Of a stretch of DNA of 52,720 nt, positions 51,211 to 52,720 are shown one piece after another. Numbering within the stretch: the first letter of the stretch is position 1; every line of letters starts with the position of its first letter. The DNA comes from Chiloscyllium plagiosum (Eukaryota), in contig NC_057750.1 in the NCBI RefSeq assembly GCF_004010195.1, forward strand, positions 7,061,696 through 7,114,415, given 5' to 3'. The notes below the pieces were generated by a model. The model searched no databases. It was given only the letters and a program-made list of their open reading frames with translations, and was not told the DNA's origin. The position numbers were made by a program, and so were the translations under genes.

Positions 51211-51600
51211 ATAAGCGCAGTATCTACTAACCACTGAGCCACCATGCCACCCGAAGGGGAGCAAGGATGAAGAGTGTAGAGGGTTGGAGGTTCTGTGGTT
51301 GATTTCTATTTGAAAAGGTGGCAATGCAGTTTGGAGAAACTGGAATCTGAAATGGAGCTGAGGCTGTGATTGGTTGATTGTCAGTGAAGCCCCATTGGTC
51401 AGTTTTGAGCATGTGACTGGGCTGGGTACTCTGCGTCGGTGGATCCACAGTCGGTTTGGCCGTTGGGTGTGGTCAACGTTCAGAATCCAGGCAAGGCCTC
51501 TGGCGTCTGCCTCTGTTTCTCGGTGAATTTTGTGGGGGTTTTTTTTTTCTCTATCTCTCCCATGTTGCTTCCTCGATTTGACCTCTCTCTCGCTCTGCAG

Positions 51601-51663
51601 AGGTAACTCCATGCTGAAGACGACAGACTCCTCAAGCAGTTCACACGCTGGCACTCAGCCTAG
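51601..51663 (+). CDS. VASP: 63-nt symmetric (phase 2-2) exon, candidate Mena11a/EVL-I-equivalent cassette
   Basis: Long pyrimidine tract + tgcag acceptor, AG|gtacct donor. (R)GNSMLKTTDSSSSSHAGTQP(R), open and in frame. Confidence 0.7.
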
Positions 51664-52490
51664 GTACCTGACGTTCAAATCGTTGTCTGTCGGCACTTTG
51701 CTGGCGCTGTTGCAACTGAGGGTTAAAGATTTGAGGGAGGGGTCAGCACTGCAGTCGTCCACTATGTGGCCAACTGTCCACTTGCCTGGTTGTCCATTCT
51801 GTGTCTCCCCCCCACCCCCCAACCAACCAATTTGTGACCAGAGGCCCCATGGCTCCCATTTTATCTCAGCCGGGAGTGAGGTGGCGAAGTTTGCAATGTT
51901 TTGTTTTGGGGTCTGGTGGGAGACCTTCAGGTGATTCTGGTGATGAGGGTTTGTGTGGGATGCTGGTGGGCGTCAATGGCGAGCTCCCACATCCTGCAGT
52001 CTCCAAGTTGGGTGGTGGGGGGAGGTGTTGCAGTGGGCCATAGCTCTAGCCCTTGGCCATTGTTTCCAGGTTCACGACCACTCCAAGGGTTGACTCTCTC
52101 AGACTGTGTCCTGTTGGGCGATTGGCTGTCTCTCCATCAACCCAACGCACCAATTTGCTGATGGTGACAGCGGGAGGGGTTCACCGTCCTCCAGGACCAT
52201 GAAGAGGCGCTGTCAGGCAGCAGCAACCCAATGTTGCTCAGTCAGATGGGAGCCACCCACCCTCCTTGGTCACCTTGCACCCCCCAGCCATGCCCCTGTC
52301 CCTGGCCAGCTCTGGTACCTCTCCCTCAGGATTTAACTCGCGATTATTTCAGCATTCAGTGCTAAAAAGCTTCTGCACAAACAGCTTTTAGCTTCTGGTC
52401 TCTGTGCTGGGGCAAAGACAGGGTTGGAAGTGATGTAACGTCTGTCTGTCTTCATTGAGCCACCTGCGCACGCTCAGCAGTGAGCACTCC

Positions 52491-52720
52491 CACTGTCGGA
52501 GGGTCAGCGCCGAGGGAGCGCCGCGCTGTCGGAGGGTCAGCGCCGAGGGAGCGCCGCGCTGTCGGAGGGTCAGCGCCGAGGGAGTGCCGCGGTGTCGCAG
52601 CGTCAGTGCTGAGGGAGTGCCGCACTGTCGGAGGGCCAGTGCTGAGGGATTCCCGCACTGTCGGAGGGTCAGTGCTGAGGGAGTGCCGCATTGTCGGAGG
52701 GTCAGTGCTGAGGGAGTGGG
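52491..52720. repeat. 33-bp minisatellite, about 7 copies, runs off the window
   Basis: Unit cactgtcggagggtcagtgctgagggagtgccg. Confidence 0.95.

Noticed and set aside
52070..52340. Acceptor-like sites (tttccag near 52069, ccctcag near 52329) as the coiled-coil exon
   Set aside because: In-frame translations show no DLxRxKQE-like motif and hit stops; the tetramerisation exons must lie beyond the window.

Overview
Vertebrate genomic DNA, very probably a shark (inferred from dense HE1-type V-SINEs, HER1/CR1-type LINE 3' fragments and the minisatellite types). It has five N-gaps. The only supportable gene is a + strand Ena/VASP-family actin regulator, most similar to VASP. Nine coding exons are visible between 31472 and 51663: EVH1 in two exons, linker, a short Q/E/R/L repeat, polyproline + GAB, poly-Gly + FAB, and the region before the tetramerisation domain. 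Exon 1 was not found, one phase 2->0 exon is probably hidden in the gap at 43722-44129, and the coiled-coil exons lie beyond the window. The rest is intronic repeat DNA: CR1/HER1 and Rex1-like LINEs, V-SINEs, a Tc1/pogo-like MITE, minisatellites, and Penelope-like inverted fragments with minimal hammerhead-ribozyme motifs. Most notable points: a 63-nt Mena11a/EVL-I-like candidate cassette exon, altered PKA/PKG phosphosites, a 1-kb A-free 18-mer array followed by an in-frame cryptic exon, and three families of hammerhead-like motifs. I see no evidence of a wholly new multi-gene system. Repeat boundaries are approximate.
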